Assembly: GCA_020536535.1 (NCBI GenBank)
Contig: JAHLWZ010000672.1
Coordinates: forward strand, 82,758 to 146,757
Reading direction: 5' to 3'
DNA from: Pelomyxa schiedti
Lineage: Eukaryota; Protista; Evosea
DNA length: 64,000 bases
How positions within the stretch are numbered: position 1 is the first letter of the stretch; each line of letters starts with the position of its first letter. This document shows, piece after piece, positions 1 through 14,385 of this stretch. Below the pieces are notes generated by a model. It was given only the letters and a program-made list of their open reading frames with translations. It searched no databases and was not told where the DNA came from. The position numbers and the translations under genes are program-made.

Positions 1-223
1 AACAGGTAGTGCTGTTACGCTTTGACTTCCTTTACTCATCCCATAAAGGTGCACGACCTACAAAGGGCACATGCACCAAGCAAAACTGCTCCCCCAACCC
101 CAGACAAGAAGGGAGGTGGGTTATTGGGTTGGCTCAACTTATAATGTTTGTTGTGAAATGCAAAAAAGAATCCTCAAATTTTTATTGGTGCTTTGTTCCT
201 CTATTCACAGGGAAAATTTTACA

Positions 224-2581
224 TCAACTGAAGAAGCTCTTCACCATTGTCTTGCCTGGTAGTGACAAAAGATCAGCAAATGACCTGCTGCGTGTGCGTG
301 TGAGCACACCTTTTTTGGTGGTGTTGTCGGGTGTTGTGATTGCGGGACTGGAAGTTGTGGTGGACGTGGAGGATGCAGATAGCGGACTGGAAGGAGGTGT
401 GGTGGATGCTGAGAGCCGGCTGGGGGGTGTGGTTACAATGATGCTTGGGGTGCTGACTTCAGTAGAAGAGTGGAGAGAGGAGGGGCAGTAGAACTCCTCT
501 GTACGGCGGGGAGGGGTGCTTGGGGGTGACAGACCACTGGCATCGCTTGGGGATGAGTGGTGGTGTGTGCTGGGCCTGTGGACAGTGGATTTGGAGTGCC
601 TGTGTGAATGTGCGTGGGAGTGCATGTGGTTGTGCAGGTGCGAAGCATCTTGTGTGGGTGTCAAAATGGCTGAGCTGCTGAGCTCGGAAATGGAAAGTCT
701 GGATCTGGGTTCTAAAGCAGGAGGGCGCAGGTCAACTTTGCTCTGTTCTGTTTGTTTGTCAAGCAGAGACTCAGCCTGTACAGCTTTCTCCTTTGCTTTT
801 ACGGCGTTAACAAGAGCCAGGGTGCTTGAAGTTATTGCTGCAGCCGCTCCTGCCGCTGCAGCCTCCGCAAACGCATTTGCGTGTTGTGTGTGAGTTACAG
901 ATTTATTTCTGTAATGGTGAGCTCTGGCTGACTTGTGGGCGGCCTTGGTCACATCTGGTGATCGGGATGGTGACGTTTGAAATGGTGTTACAGAGAGGGA
1001 TGTCACTGAAGTTTCGGTGGAAGAGGAAGAGGAAGAATCTGCTACAATGTTTGTGCCTGTGGAAGTTGTTGTAGAAGTTGACGTGGAGCTGTGTTCTGGA
1101 GTTGATGTGGAGCTGGTTGTTGGAGTCGGTGTGGAGGTAGAAGTAGGTGTGGGTGTAGAACTGTCAAGGCAGGGTAATGGGGGTGTCAAAGCCATCTGAG
1201 ATTATTTATTAGCCATTAAATGCTAAGGAATGGTTTTACCGATGTAGGATTGGCAAAGGCGTTTGATAGGCTGTCTTTTAAATGAGAGAGGGAAGAGGAA
1301 AAAGACAAACACTGGAATTGTATACCTTCTATTTCGCCAAGTTCGAGATTGCTACGATGTCATAAGAAATGATTTTTGGTAGAGGAAAAAAAAACCGATT
1401 TTCTTTGAACTCCAGAGTAAAGGTCCTTCAGAGACTGCCGCCATTCATCCTTTTATAGACTTTTATTTTTTTTTGTAAACAAGTTGTTATAAAAGGAAAT
1501 ACATCTTGTGGGTCCGCTCCACAAATCTCAGCAAGTCTCACTACACCGTCGTCATGATTACTTACGTCAGCACTCAGTAAATGCTTTGCATCACTTAATA
1601 CTTGATCAGCAGAGGGAGGGCAAACAGTTGGGTCCTACGGGAAGTTAGCCTACCCTGCTGTGTCACTTGATACCTTGAAAAGCTCCTGATTATTTTCAAT
1701 CAAGAAAGTCAACAAGTCTTTAGCCTGATCCACAGCTTGTTGAATCTTGTTGATGTCTAACTGAGGCTCAGCCCTAAGAATTGCTGGCCCTACACATGTC
1801 CCAAGGTTGACTGGAGTCTGGCAACGTAATGAATTTGAATACATTTAAAGGTGCACACTACCATTAAGTTAATTGAGGTGTCAAGGGATATTTTTTCCAG
1901 TGTTTGGAGGATTCTGCGAAGAACCGCAAAATTTCCTGGAGGAAGTTTTTTGATGAGTTTATTCATTTTTGATATCTTTGATTCTCTGTCTTCTATCACT
2001 AAGGGAGGGTGAGTGTTGAAATAAGAAGTATGTAACAACATAAAGCAGCAGCAAATTCTCCTTGAAGTGAAGAAGTTAAAATACTGTCTGGTAAGTCACG
2101 TAGAAATGTACAAAGTAGGGATGCAACTTCATAGTCTGAAACGTGGTCCCCATCCACGTACATATCCTTTGAGATAACTGAAGTTTATAATATTAGAACT
2201 TTGGTTCCCCAATGATCTCGCCAAGGAAATCATACTTTGAAGTTGTGGATGCCCTTGGATGTACAAATTTTTCAATTTAGTTGTGAGTGCAGAATTTCCA
2301 GGCACTCTAAATATTCCTTTACACTTAGGTCCTAAATTGAGAATTGGCATTAAGAAGCACAACATTGTTTTCTACCTCGTTCATCAAGCCACGCGCAACA
2401 ATGAGTCACAACCAAAGGCACCCTTGGATCCTTGGGTAACCCCCAACTGCAAACAAAACAACAACAAAAAAAAAAACGTCAACCTACAAGGGGAAAAAAA
2501 AAAAGGTGGAAAAAACCAAGCAACTTGGGTCTGTCTCTGTGGTCCCTGTGACGACAAGTTAACGAACCGTAAACACAACAT
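224..2581 (-). CDS. RhoGAP-domain protein with long Ser/Thr/His-rich C-terminal tail (multi-exon; 5' end uncertain)
   Basis: Spliced exons read VPLVVTHCCAWLDER|GPKCKGIFRVPG (arginine finger), LIKKLPPGNFAVLRRILQTLEKIS and GPAILRAEP...LLTFLIENNQELF. The low-complexity ORF 224-1195 ends at a stop. Confidence 0.85.
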
Positions 2582-2743
2582 AACACAAGAAAGATGCGAA
2601 CCAATACGATCCGTTTCATTTGAAATGGTATTTTTTTCTGTTTATTCTGTTTATTCTTCCTTGGTTTTTCCTTCCGGTATTGGCGATCTGCCAAATCAAA
2701 TGATGATTTCGAATCCGTTTTTTTTTTCTTTTTAGTGGTCTAA

Positions 2744-5700
2744 ATGGACGATGTGCGTGCCAGGTCCGGGAAGAACAAAGGCAAAGACAAGACCAGACGG
2801 TATTGCGATCTTCGCTTTTGGGTGTTTTTTGGTGGGGCATTTTTTCCCTATTTTTTCCGTTTTTTTTTTTTTTTTCCCCTTATTTTCTACGTGGTTGCAG
2901 TGCACACCTCACTCTTCACTACTTACTAATTTGGCCGTTAAAGAAGAAGCTATAACACAAGATACAAAGTCAAGCAGCAAAATGCGAAGTCGGGAGCTAA
3001 GCAACCAATAAGTAGCACTACGACACGCTCTGCAACGCCTTCGGCCGCGCGGGGTACCCCTGGGGAACCGGCACATACAACCGCAGCAGTTGCTTCGAGT
3101 CCTTCATCGGTTAGCATAGCTCTTCCTTAACTACGCAAGTTCTTACTTCTTCCTAAATCAGCCAATAAGACCAAAGGAGAGTATTGACTCCGTCATTCAG
3201 TTCAACATCCAGGATGCCAGTCCCAGTTCTGCTCTAGCAGATGACGAAGGGGTTGAGTTTGACAATCGAAGTCCGCTGGTGGAAGACGACGTTACTTCAC
3301 CGAATCAATCTCCCCGAATGCCTCCTCGCCTCTCATCTTCTGAGGATGGGGGTGATGTCCCAACTAACACTGAAGTTGGTAGCTCAGAACCAACTAAAAA
3401 GAGCGAAATCAATCAAGACAAAGGAAGCAATGACCCAAAGGAGCAAAGTAATCTTGTTGCACTGAAGAAAGACAACACAGAAGATACTGAGAAGAAGGAA
3501 CCTAATGAAAGTAAGTTGGCGAAAAGTGAACCTTCAAAAACATCTCCTGCCCTGTCATCGAAAAAAAAGCGCAATCAAACAGATGATAGCCAAGGGGAGT
3601 CAAGTGAACCTATGAGCCACAAAGATAATGACAACAAGCGTAGTAAAAGGAGACCACTCTCAACTACACGGAAAAAAGAAAAGAAAAAACGCAAAGAGAG
3701 TGATGGGAGTGATGCCTCCAGTGAAAGCACACCTGATAGTGACACAAGTAGTGACAGTGACAGTGACAGTTCTGCAGAAAGTGATGAAGACTGGCTTGGA
3801 GAAAATGCAACCAAAAATAGGAGGAAGGCCCAACCCAAATATCGCTCAAGTAAAAACAAAAAAAAGGACAGATACCCAAAAAGAAAGAAGCAACCTTCAA
3901 AAAAGAGCAGGAATGTCAAGAGTGATCCTGAGGAAAGTGAAAAAGACACATCGGAGGAGGAACCCAAAGCAAGCCAATCTGATGAAACTGACAGTTCAGA
4001 TGGCAGCAGAAAAACTTCAACACAGCCACGGCAAAGCAAGGATGGAGATTCCGATGTGGAAATTATTGAGAACTGCCCGCCACTCTCCGGAGGCACAATC
4101 GACTCTACGAAGGGAACGACTGATGGGCAAGTAGCTGATCCACCAACTGAAATGGGCAACTCTAGCACACATCAGTCATCCAACAGTTTCAATCTTAATG
4201 AACAGAGCACGAAGTTACCAGAGCGCAAGGACTCACTCCTTCCTGAAGACAAACAAACTAATACTGCTGACTGTGATCCTGATAAGAACCTCAATTCCTG
4301 TGACCCAAGCTCTTGTGCTAAATCCAAAACACCAGTAATAAATGACTCCGTCACCCGTGATACACAAGGGTCAACTCCGTCTTTGGAAACAGTGCCACCC
4401 ATATCAACAAGACATGATAACCAATCGACAGATAACAGTGAAAATGCAACCCCACACAAATCAAAAAGTGACACACCACTAAAGATACATGAGCCAGAGG
4501 TTGTAGAAGAATCGAAGAAAGAAACCTGTGATAGCCCTTCAAAGAGCAAAAAAGGGAAGGTCACAGAATCACGTAAGAACTCGGCTACTGCCAAGGGTGA
4601 TACAGCTTCCAAATCAGACAGTAGTGACAGCAGTCAACATGATAATACGGCTGCAAAAGGATCACAGAAGAAAAAAGGGTCTCCATACAAGAAATCTAAA
4701 TCCAAAGACTCTGGTATCCTCTTCCTTTCCCCCCTTTTTTTCTCATAACATCCAGAATCCAGTTCGCAGTCAAGTACCAGCTCACCTGGAACTGAAATTA
4801 TCTCGGAGGCAGACACCAATGACCCAGATTATCCTTCTCCCCGAAATCGTAAAACAAAGTTAAATCGTCACAATGCAACCCCTACAGCCAAACCCAAAAA
4901 GTGTGCAAGGAGAAAAGTAAGTTCGTCGTCGTCGTCATCATCATCAGGGAGCTCATCAGATAGTTCTGGTGCAGATTCAGAGTCTTCTACAAGTAATTTT
5001 CCTTTGTCCTTTCTGTGAAATTCAAGCAACACAGAAATCACACCAAGAAAGCGCAAGAAGCCTGAAAGATTTGAGCCACACCACACACCAAAATCAAAAC
5101 AACCAGCAGTGACTACATTGCTGAAAGAGCTGAAAGAGCACCCCCTTATCTATGTGATTATCAGACAATTAGAGTAATAATTTATCCTAGTGCAGAATCT
5201 TATGGTAGGTAATAGGCAACAGACTCTGAAAAACCTAAGAAATCGAGCCCAAGTGCTGAAGTTCTGTTACATACTCCGGCTCGTGGCTTTATTCATGGTG
5301 TGCCTTTCCGTATCTGTGGTTTCTAATTGAGTCAGGTGAAACGGAGGAGGCACTTCGCCATGTCGACCAAACTGTTACGTGGGATTCTGTTGGTGGTCTG
5401 AAAGAGGGTACTTTTTGGAGCGTTAGTTCCTTTCTCAGAACAAGAACAGCTATTCGACAGCTGAAAGAAATGGTGATATTACCTCTGCAGTATCCTGAGC
5501 TTTTTGCACAATTTCATATAACTCCTCCCCGTGGAGTTTTGTTTTATGGACCACCAGGTACGGGAAAAACCCTTGTCGCACGTGCCCTAGCAAATATGTG
5601 CTCAAAGGTTGTGAATAAACTATCAGTACCATACTTACACCTTACTAAGTCGGGACACCCTGTATCTTTCTTCATGCGCAAAGGGGCTGATTGCCTGAGT

Positions 5701-8700
5701 AAATGGGTTGGAGAAACTGAGCGGCAACTTCGTCTTCTGTTTGATCAGGCGAGGTCTGTGCAACCTTCGATTATCTTTTTTGATGAAATTGATGGTAAGT
5801 CACTGTCTTTGGTTTTTCTGGAAACCCTTTTCAGGGCTCGCTCCTGTGAGATCAAGCAAGCAAGATCAAATACATAGCAGTATTGTATCAACACTACTTG
5901 GACTCATGGATGGTCTGGATGATAGAGGAAAAGTTGTCATCATAGGTGCCACAAATAGAATTGATTCTATTGATCCTGCATTGAGACGTCCTGGTAGATT
6001 TGATAGAGAGTTTCTGTTTCCTCTCCCAACAAGGGAAGATAGGCTGTAAGTGCTCTCTAACAAATGCTTTTTTTTTTTCCTCGGCCTCATTATCTTCAGG
6101 GCTATACTCAAAATACACCTGAAAGGCTGGTTTCCTCCAATTCAAGAATCTCTTGTGGCCTTTCTTGCAGAACAAACAGTGGGTTATTGTGGTGCAGATC
6201 TGAAAGCACTCTGCACAGAGGCAGTATTGCATGCTATACGGGCAAGATACCCGCAAATTTACAATTCAGAAGAGAGGCTAGAGGTCAATTCAAATGCAGT
6301 TGATATCACGGGAGAATGTTTTGAGAAAGCTATGGAAGGCAACGAATTTCTGCTTTCTGACACAAACAACACTTAATCAAAAAAGGAATTACACCCACTG
6401 CCATGCGTTCTGGTGCCTCCTATTCTCGGCCGCTTCCACCCCTCCTTGGGCCTTTGCTTAATTCCACTGTTATGGAAGTTCATTCAAAACTCTCCTCTGG
6501 TTTTCCCAACTCTGTATTACCCAAATCCCTATGTACCCCTCTCTGTCTTCTTCTACTTTTAATGACAAGATCAGTGATATCTATTCCAAGGTTGATTATT
6601 CACGGAAAGCAAGGTGAGCTTCTTTTCCTTTCCGTTTTCCTCATATTTACAGGGTTTGGCCAAAATATCATTGGAGCGTCTGTTTTACATAAATTTGAGG
6701 ATATCCCAGTCTTTTCTTTAGCTTTACCGACTCTTCTTGCAGATCCAAATTCAAAAGTATGGTATGTTTTGTGTTATGTTGAATTTTATTGGGTTTGCAT
6801 GTTATATATTGTTGTATGTCAAACTTCTCTTTTTAGTTGAACTAACGCTTTACAAGACTGTCGAGGAGGCTGTGGGAAGCACCATTAAGGAAGCTTTACG
6901 TCGTCCGCCCTCCATAATATTCTGGCCCAATATGGATTCATGGTGGTCAAACACTGACGGTCTAAGCCAGACTGTAGTTCTGCAAATGTTGAATGTACGA
7001 ATTGCCTCTCGATAAAATAAAACCCTGGCTAGGAATGCCATTCCGCCAACGTACTGCTTCTTGGAACTGCGGATGTACCTTTTGAAAGCCTTTGCCCTCA
7101 ATTGCAGCAACTTTTCTTGGGAGCGTCATACAAAGTGCCCCCTCGCACACATCAGGTCATTTTTTTTTCTTTCAGATCTTGTTTTGACTTTGTCTGAAGG
7201 AAATCTTTGAATTTTTTGAATCTATTTGCCTTGTGGCCCTAACGCACACACAAGCGGAATTTGCAGCTCCGCCTGTGATGCCACCAGCAACAGAACGGCC
7301 TCCCAATAAGAGATTACCTCCTCCCCGGTCTGAAGTGCCTTGTCAAGCTGAAAGGTATTCTCCTTTTTTCTTTCGACATTCCACTCAGAATATAAAGTCG
7401 ACAAGTTCGCCAGTTGAGAATGGCCCTGCGAGATATAATCCAAAGTGTATGCACAGAAAAGCAGTACCAAATCTTTTGGAAGAGTGTGGTAGTCCCTTGC
7501 ACATTAAAGCAGTATTTTAATAGCAGCCAAGCAAAAACGAGGTAATGAGGAATACTTCGAGAAGGTGAAATACCCCATAAGTCTTGCCACCATTCTAAAG
7601 CGAATTGATGACGACGACTATCCCACTGTTTCAAGCTTCTTGCAGGACATTGAACTTATGGTGTCCAATGCCGTAGAGTATAATGGAGATGACTACACCT
7701 CTCAAAAGATAACCACCCGTGTGTGTAGAGTTGTTTTATGTCAATTATTCATTAAAATTTCCCAAAGGCAAAGGCACTGCGCGATGAGATTCTCGAGGCT
7801 GCCGATAAAATTGATCCCTTTCTCAGAAAGGTCTCCCTTTGCACCCACCAATTCGCCACTCTTACATCTTTAGAGTTGTGAACTCTCCTATCAAAGAAAG
7901 AGGAACACTCTCTGGGTTGCGAATGCGGGAGCTACACCTCTTAAGCATTTAAGCGCTCCCTCTAAAAGGAGTGAAGAAGGTGAAGTGATAGCACCCCTAC
8001 CAAAGCGGTCAAGAATTTTCGAAGCTCCAAACACTCTTCACAATCAATCGCATTCACCATCTCCTCCAATCAGTAACTGCTCTCCTCCCCCAGTGTTCGC
8101 TCTCCCCAGCACACCATCAATTATCAGTACAACCAATTCATCAAGTGCAACCAGCCCTGAAGGTACCCTACTCCCCACCCCAAAGAACCCTACACTGTCT
8201 ATTCTGGATGGACCGTGTCAGAGTGAGGCAACGGGAGGCGTCCTAGAATTTGCACTTCCCCCGTCTACGAAAGATGCTTTTCCCAGTGCTGAACACTCAA
8301 GTGCATCATCACCAAGCAGTACAACAATTACCACAGCCACAGAGTCAACCGCATCAACATCAACAACCCCCACCTCCACCTCCACCTCAACCTCAACATC
8401 CACATCCACATCCACACCAACCTCAGCCTCGACCTCAACCACAACATCGAGCACCACCTCCACTTCAACATCCGCAGCGTCACTTCCACCACCTCCACCG
8501 CCTCCACTGCCGTCTGCCCCACCTGAGCACGACTACCCGCAACTAGTACTAGTCACTCCCTATGCAACGGAGATGGCGCGGCAGTGCCAATCCTACCCAG
8601 TTGAGTGGTTAGCAACCTTGGCTGGTAACGCCATATTGCCTGCTATTGGCTCTCTCAGAGGCAAACCTTCCAGTGTTGTCTTGCAGGTATTCACTGCCTG

Positions 8701-8788
8701 CATCACTTTTCCGCACTAACTTCAATGCTAGACAATACGGCAGTGCGTGATGGATAAAATTTTGTCAGAACCACCCTCCCAACCCTGA
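2744..8788 (+). CDS. ATAD2: ATAD2/Yta7-like AAA+ ATPase with bromodomain
   Basis: Exon 1 MDDVRARSG... splices in frame into an acidic/basic N-terminal region. AAA motifs: [15 protein letters not shown] (Walker A), [34 protein letters not shown] (Walker B), [42 protein letters not shown]. Bromodomain segment: [22 protein letters not shown]. Confidence 0.93.
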
Positions 8789-8866
8789 TGGCCGAAAAAA
8801 ACTGTTTTCGCCCAAGTGAATGGCATCAAAAGCCCCAGAACAAAAAAAATCGTTGTGTGTTGGTTA

Positions 8867-10186
8867 ATGTGGGTTGGGACAAACAATGTCAGTGGGCTCT
8901 CGTTTTGGTCCCTAACTGTTTCTTATTTGTCCATTCTGTGCCTTGTTGGGGGTGGGATACTTCTGGGGTGAGTGAGAACTAAAAACCCCCTCACCACCAA
9001 TTAACTTTAAAAAAGCATTTCTGTCAATAGATATGTATATTGGAATGTAGTGTCAGTTGAGGAAACAGACACTCGAGGTTTGTTTCTGTTGCCTGTGCTT
9101 TATGATGGTGATTCTTGAAGATATGATCAATGACTACGCGATGACATACGAGGATGTTACCGCTTTTCACTCAAATTTTCCACCCAACAATACCTTAATT
9201 GTTGTTGCTGGGAGTTCTAACATAACCTCAGTGTGCAATTAATCAATTAATTCCTACACATCATTGAAATTAATTAATTTCTCTTTGTAAGGACTTGTGG
9301 GAAGAAAATACCACTCTTGGTTATTCAATAAAAATTCTTCAATCTGAAGTATCTGTGACATTCCCAGGTAAATTGACTCATCATCTAAAAAGGCATGTGA
9401 ATTAAGTGTATGCCAGAAAACACATTTGCCGGGAGGAGAGAACATTTTTCAGTATCTGGTTTTGGATCAGACTTTTCCGTTCCATTTTACCAGTGCAAAA
9501 CTGACTATGACTCTAATACTGTGAGTTCTAGTGTGGAGGGAATTATAAGGCAGTAATTTTCCGAAGATTCAGCTCGCTGCCATAACATCGTTTGATATCA
9601 CGGTGTACCTCAGCATCTCGAGTGAATGGAAAATATTATCTGTAGTTGGCCAGTACCCCAACCCCTGGCAGGTTGTACCCCATTGCCAATAATTTTCCTC
9701 ACACAGTTGCACAGGGCTCTGTGGAGGAATCCTACAAACAGTTTTCTGCATATGACAAAAGCATACAGCGCCTTGGTACCAGGCTATTAGATGCCAGCAC
9801 ACCACATCCCCCGTTCCACCCATCAACTATCACAGCATGGGTTCAGTCCTGGACAGGATGGGTTGGTTCATTCTTTTTGATTGCGGCTGTTGTCTTTGCA
9901 TTGGCAAGAACTTCCCCTCATCCTTCCTATACTCTTCCCAATATGCTTCCTAACGCCACAAACAGATTTTGGTACTATTACTCTATCTGCTGTACAGAGC
10001 ATCACTTCTGAGCCAAGGGCTACCACCACCAAAAATAGAGTTGCTGTTATGCCCTGGTTTGGCATTTATTGCCTTCGAGAAACAGTTGGCACAATTGGAA
10101 GCAACCAACAAAACACAGACACCACAAAATTCCGTCAATCCCACCAACAACCTACCAGTAATTGTTGCCAGTTGGTAGGAACCTAA
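8867..10186 (+). CDS. Hypothetical membrane protein (N-terminal TM, probable second TM; 3' end uncertain, 10011 or 10186)
   Basis: In-frame GT-AG exon chain MWVGTNN...YLSILCLVGGGILLG|YVYWNVVSVEETDTR|DMINDYAMTY..., then DLWEENTTLGYSIKILQSEVSVTFP. A hydrophobic stretch lies near 9840-9950. No family recognised. Confidence 0.55.
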
Positions 10187-10229
10187 CACGTTTCTACCAA
10201 GTTTATAGACTTGTAGAATGATTTTTTGT

Positions 10230-11437
10230 TCAAAGAGTTTTTTTAAGCAAGTCACGGTAAAACTCTGGTTTCCGATCAGCCAAGTAGGGATTTTCGTTCC
10301 TTGCTCTAATGTAGTCCGATTTGTTCTGGTGCAATTCAGTGACAATAAGTTCATTTGAACTCTCACTTGCCCTGACAAGCTCAGTTCCATCAGGTGCTAA
10401 AATTCCACTGAGACCACAGAACTTGAATTCCAGCATTTCTGGAGGTTGTTGTGTTGCCGGCGTTGCAGCTGTTGCTGTGGGTGTTGATGTAGATGTGCTC
10501 GGAGGCGGTGGATTATTGGCAGGGCACCTTTCCACACCAACGCGGTTGCAGTAGCATATGAATGTGTGATTCTCGTATGCGCGTGCGGGCAGTATTGTCA
10601 TGTTTATCAACGGGTTGTTGTTGGCGCTCGGTGTGATGAGTAGGTTCGCTCCTCGCATGCACAGTACCCTCACAAGTTCTGGAAACTCTATATCATAGCA
10701 AATCAGGAAGGCGATTTTCCAACCTGAAGAAGAAATGTTTGAGCTCCAGAGACAAAGTCGGAAAGGATACCTTGGAATTCAAAGACTGGTGAAAGAATAT
10801 TGCCTGGTGAAAAGTGCTGCTTTTCATATTTGCCATAGAGGTGTGTTTTACGGTAGTTGGCAACCTGATTACCCTCCTTATCAATGAATATGACAGAATT
10901 GAAGAGTCTATTTTTTTAATTAACATTAACGATTTTCTGGGGGGTAAATCTTTGGTATTATTATTGTGAACCAGTGGTTCCTTGCACTATTTAGGATGGA
11001 TTGAACCTTCCATCATATTCTGTTTTCTCAGAGTAACCATAAGCAATAGCAACATTGTGTTCCTGTGCCATTTCTGAAACAATCTTACTGGATGGGCCAG
11101 TCTGCACTTCAGCAAACTGTGCATGCATATTAAAATAAACACTAATTGCTGTGGTCTATATAGAACTATGTGGCCAACAGCATTATTCTACCCATAATAA
11201 GCCAATACAGACCTCTCTGAGCCTCTCCTTTACACCATAGCCACACAAGAACAGTTCAGAGAAAATGACAAGGTCAAGAGACAAAACGCCGGCGCGGGCC
11301 ACCACAGCCCTCATCACTTCCAAGTTGTCTCGTGGGCACGTCGTCACGCCACCCTGATAAACCCCAACCCTCAGGAACCTAGGCACCTCAGGCTTTGTTG
11401 TCCCACCCGTGTCCGCCGCCGGTGTTGTTGTGCTCAT
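10230..11437 (-). CDS. Carbon-nitrogen hydrolase (nitrilase superfamily), R-amidase/5-aminopentanamidase-like
   Basis: Glu-Lys-Cys triad motifs VIFSELFLCGY, YRKTHLYG.YEKQHFSPG and LICYDIEFPE, followed by PARAYENHTFICYCNRVG and FCGLSGILAPDG. Confidence 0.9.
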
Positions 11438-11696
11438 TTTTAGGGTAATGCACGGCTACGTTTGTGATGATTGGGAAACACAAAAAAAAAGCCAGAGAGT
11501 GATGGGTAATAGGGATGAGGAAACCCTTTTTTTTTTTGTTTTGTTTTGGTGTTTGGTGTAGTGCTTCTTATGTGTTCCCCCAAAACCGGTATTTCATGTT
11601 GAGGGGGTGGATGAGTGGTTATGGGAGTTGGTGGGTTTCTTGGGACAAAGCTCACAAGAAACTCATGCAGGATGAAATAATGGTCACGATTAGCCT

Positions 11697-12351
<655 letters not shown>

Positions 12352-12541
12352 TTTCTTCTGTTTTATCTTATTGGATTGTTTTAATTTCTCGATCTGCTCA
12401 TCGGATGTTGGAACGGTGCCGAGACATGTGCTTCCTCCGAGGACGCCCCCAAGCTCACTCTTCGGTCTTGATTGGTTTTCCTTTCTGGCATCCAACAGTA
12501 ACAAGAGATCGTTTTTTTTATTATTCTTTAGGAACCAGAGG

Positions 12542-14385
12542 CTAATTGAGAAGCTTGGCAGCTTCAGCCTTGCGTGGTTTTATTTTCAGACGCCACAACA
12601 AAATAAGGGCAGGCACAATGATTGCAACAAGGAGAGCAAAGGAGCACAGAGCCACTGTACATATGAGCCACACTTCCCAGACACAGGTGTCCGGTTCTGG
12701 TCCATGCTCTGTGTACTGCATGCCTGTGTTTGTGTATGGGCTGTTGCACTGGCACTCCACTTCGTTGTCACATACCACAGCACATGTTCCGTGTCCACCA
12801 CAGCTGCTCCAGTATTCAGAGGTTACATAGCACACAAAGTCATCGCCCAGGATCGATGCCGTACCTACGTCCGCGCAACACATTACAGTTGTGTTCTGCA
12901 GAGGCCAAGGTGCGCAAGTTCTTTCGCACAGCTCTTGTGCATCCACTCCACATGCCAAATTGCCGGGGCCATTCACATCAGTGTTGTTCACAAGTATCAA
13001 TCCGTCTAGTCCCCAGTACTCTTGGCTTTTATCTAAAGATTCCACGTAAATGCCTCCTCCAAGGTTGCTGGCTGTGTTTCCAGTCATTGTTACTTCGTCG
13101 ATGAGGTCTCTCGCAACGGTCTCATAATAGATTGCACCCCCATTCCGTCCTGCAGAGTTGTCATTGAAGTAGGTATTCCACGGAGTAACGCAGTCCCCGC
13201 ACGTTGACCAAATGGCACCCCCATCATTACCTATAGATGAACATTTTACTCAAAGGGAATTCTAAAGTTGGCCAATTTACCGGCATAGTTCCTGTAAAAA
13301 GAAGAATCATCTGGTGAAACTCCGATTGAATCAGTGAAGTAAATTGCACCTCCATTCCCATTGCACGAGTTATCTCCGAAGCTGGCCTTGGGAAACTCAG
13401 TGTAGGCACACCCCGTAATAAAGACGGCTCCACCTTGGCTTTCAGCATGGTTGAGAGACAGGACAAAATAATAAAATTGCCCCTCCCCACAGCTCCTGAA
13501 ATTAAGGGTTTTAAGATGAGGAAGGAACCCTTCATTAATTAATTACATACTGAAGATTGATTGCGCCACCGAACTCCGCAGAATTTTGCCGGAAGCTGCC
13601 ATATCTGAAATCAAAAGTTGGCACAGAATCGAAATAGGTAGCGCCACCGCCAACTTCAGCTTGGTTATTGGAAAAATCGCAGTAGCGCCCCACCAAATCT
13701 TGAACAGCTGAGACAAAAAGAGCTCCCCCGTTATACGCGCTGTAGCAACCTTAATATGATGTTATCTTTGACTGAGGAGATAGGGGACCAACCAGTAAAA
13801 CTCATATTGTTTATGTGCGTTGAGTTTGAGTTCATCAGTGTGAGGCAGCCGCCCCTCGTGGATTCCAGTCTGTTGGTGCCATTGGCGATTGTAAGAGCTG
13901 TTAGAGAAATCGCATAAAAACCCCCCACGAACAATCCAGGTGCACCACCGCAGTCAATGACTGTGCTGCTCTCACCCTTCCCAATCAAACTGAAGGCAGA
14001 GGATGGTCTCAAATAAAGTTAGTAGGAAAAGCGCGTTGGAGGAAAAAGATACTGTTGATTAACTGTTGTATAATCACTCACATCTACGCAATAGTCACTA
14101 CCTGCTGCACCACTGTCCTCAGGTGGATATCGGCCCACACCAATGTCAATAGTCACATTGATACTTTCACCACACAACAGCATACATTGCCTGATAGTCA
14201 AACAAGGGCTCAATTCAGACCCACAACCAGCCCAGTCGTTACCAATAGTTTCCACATGACTGTAATTCGAAGTAAACAAGGATTGGGTGCCTCAAAAGAA
14301 GACTGTCTTACCACAGATAAGAAGACTGCCCGGTACATATTCCCACGACAAGGAGAACAGCAACCAACGCCAAAAGTCGTTCCAT
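12542..14385 (-). CDS. Type I membrane/adhesin-like protein with polymorphic-membrane-protein (GGAI/FxxN) beta-helix repeats, an EGF-like module and a C-terminal TM
   Basis: Signal peptide MERLLALVAVLLVVGICTG. Repeats FSNNQAEVGGGATYF, DGGAIWS...YFNDNSAGRNGGAIYY and GGGIYV. Cys module CGGHGTCAVVCDNEVECQCNSPY. TM LICTVALCSFALLVAIIVPALILLW followed by basic residues. Confidence 0.8.

Noticed and set aside
10230-11437. N-carbamoylputrescine amidase (AguB) supplying putrescine to the PatA-like enzyme
   Set aside because: AguB-type motifs (recalled as YRKSHIP and ICWDQWFPE) are absent; this protein has YRKTHLYG and ICYDIEFPE.
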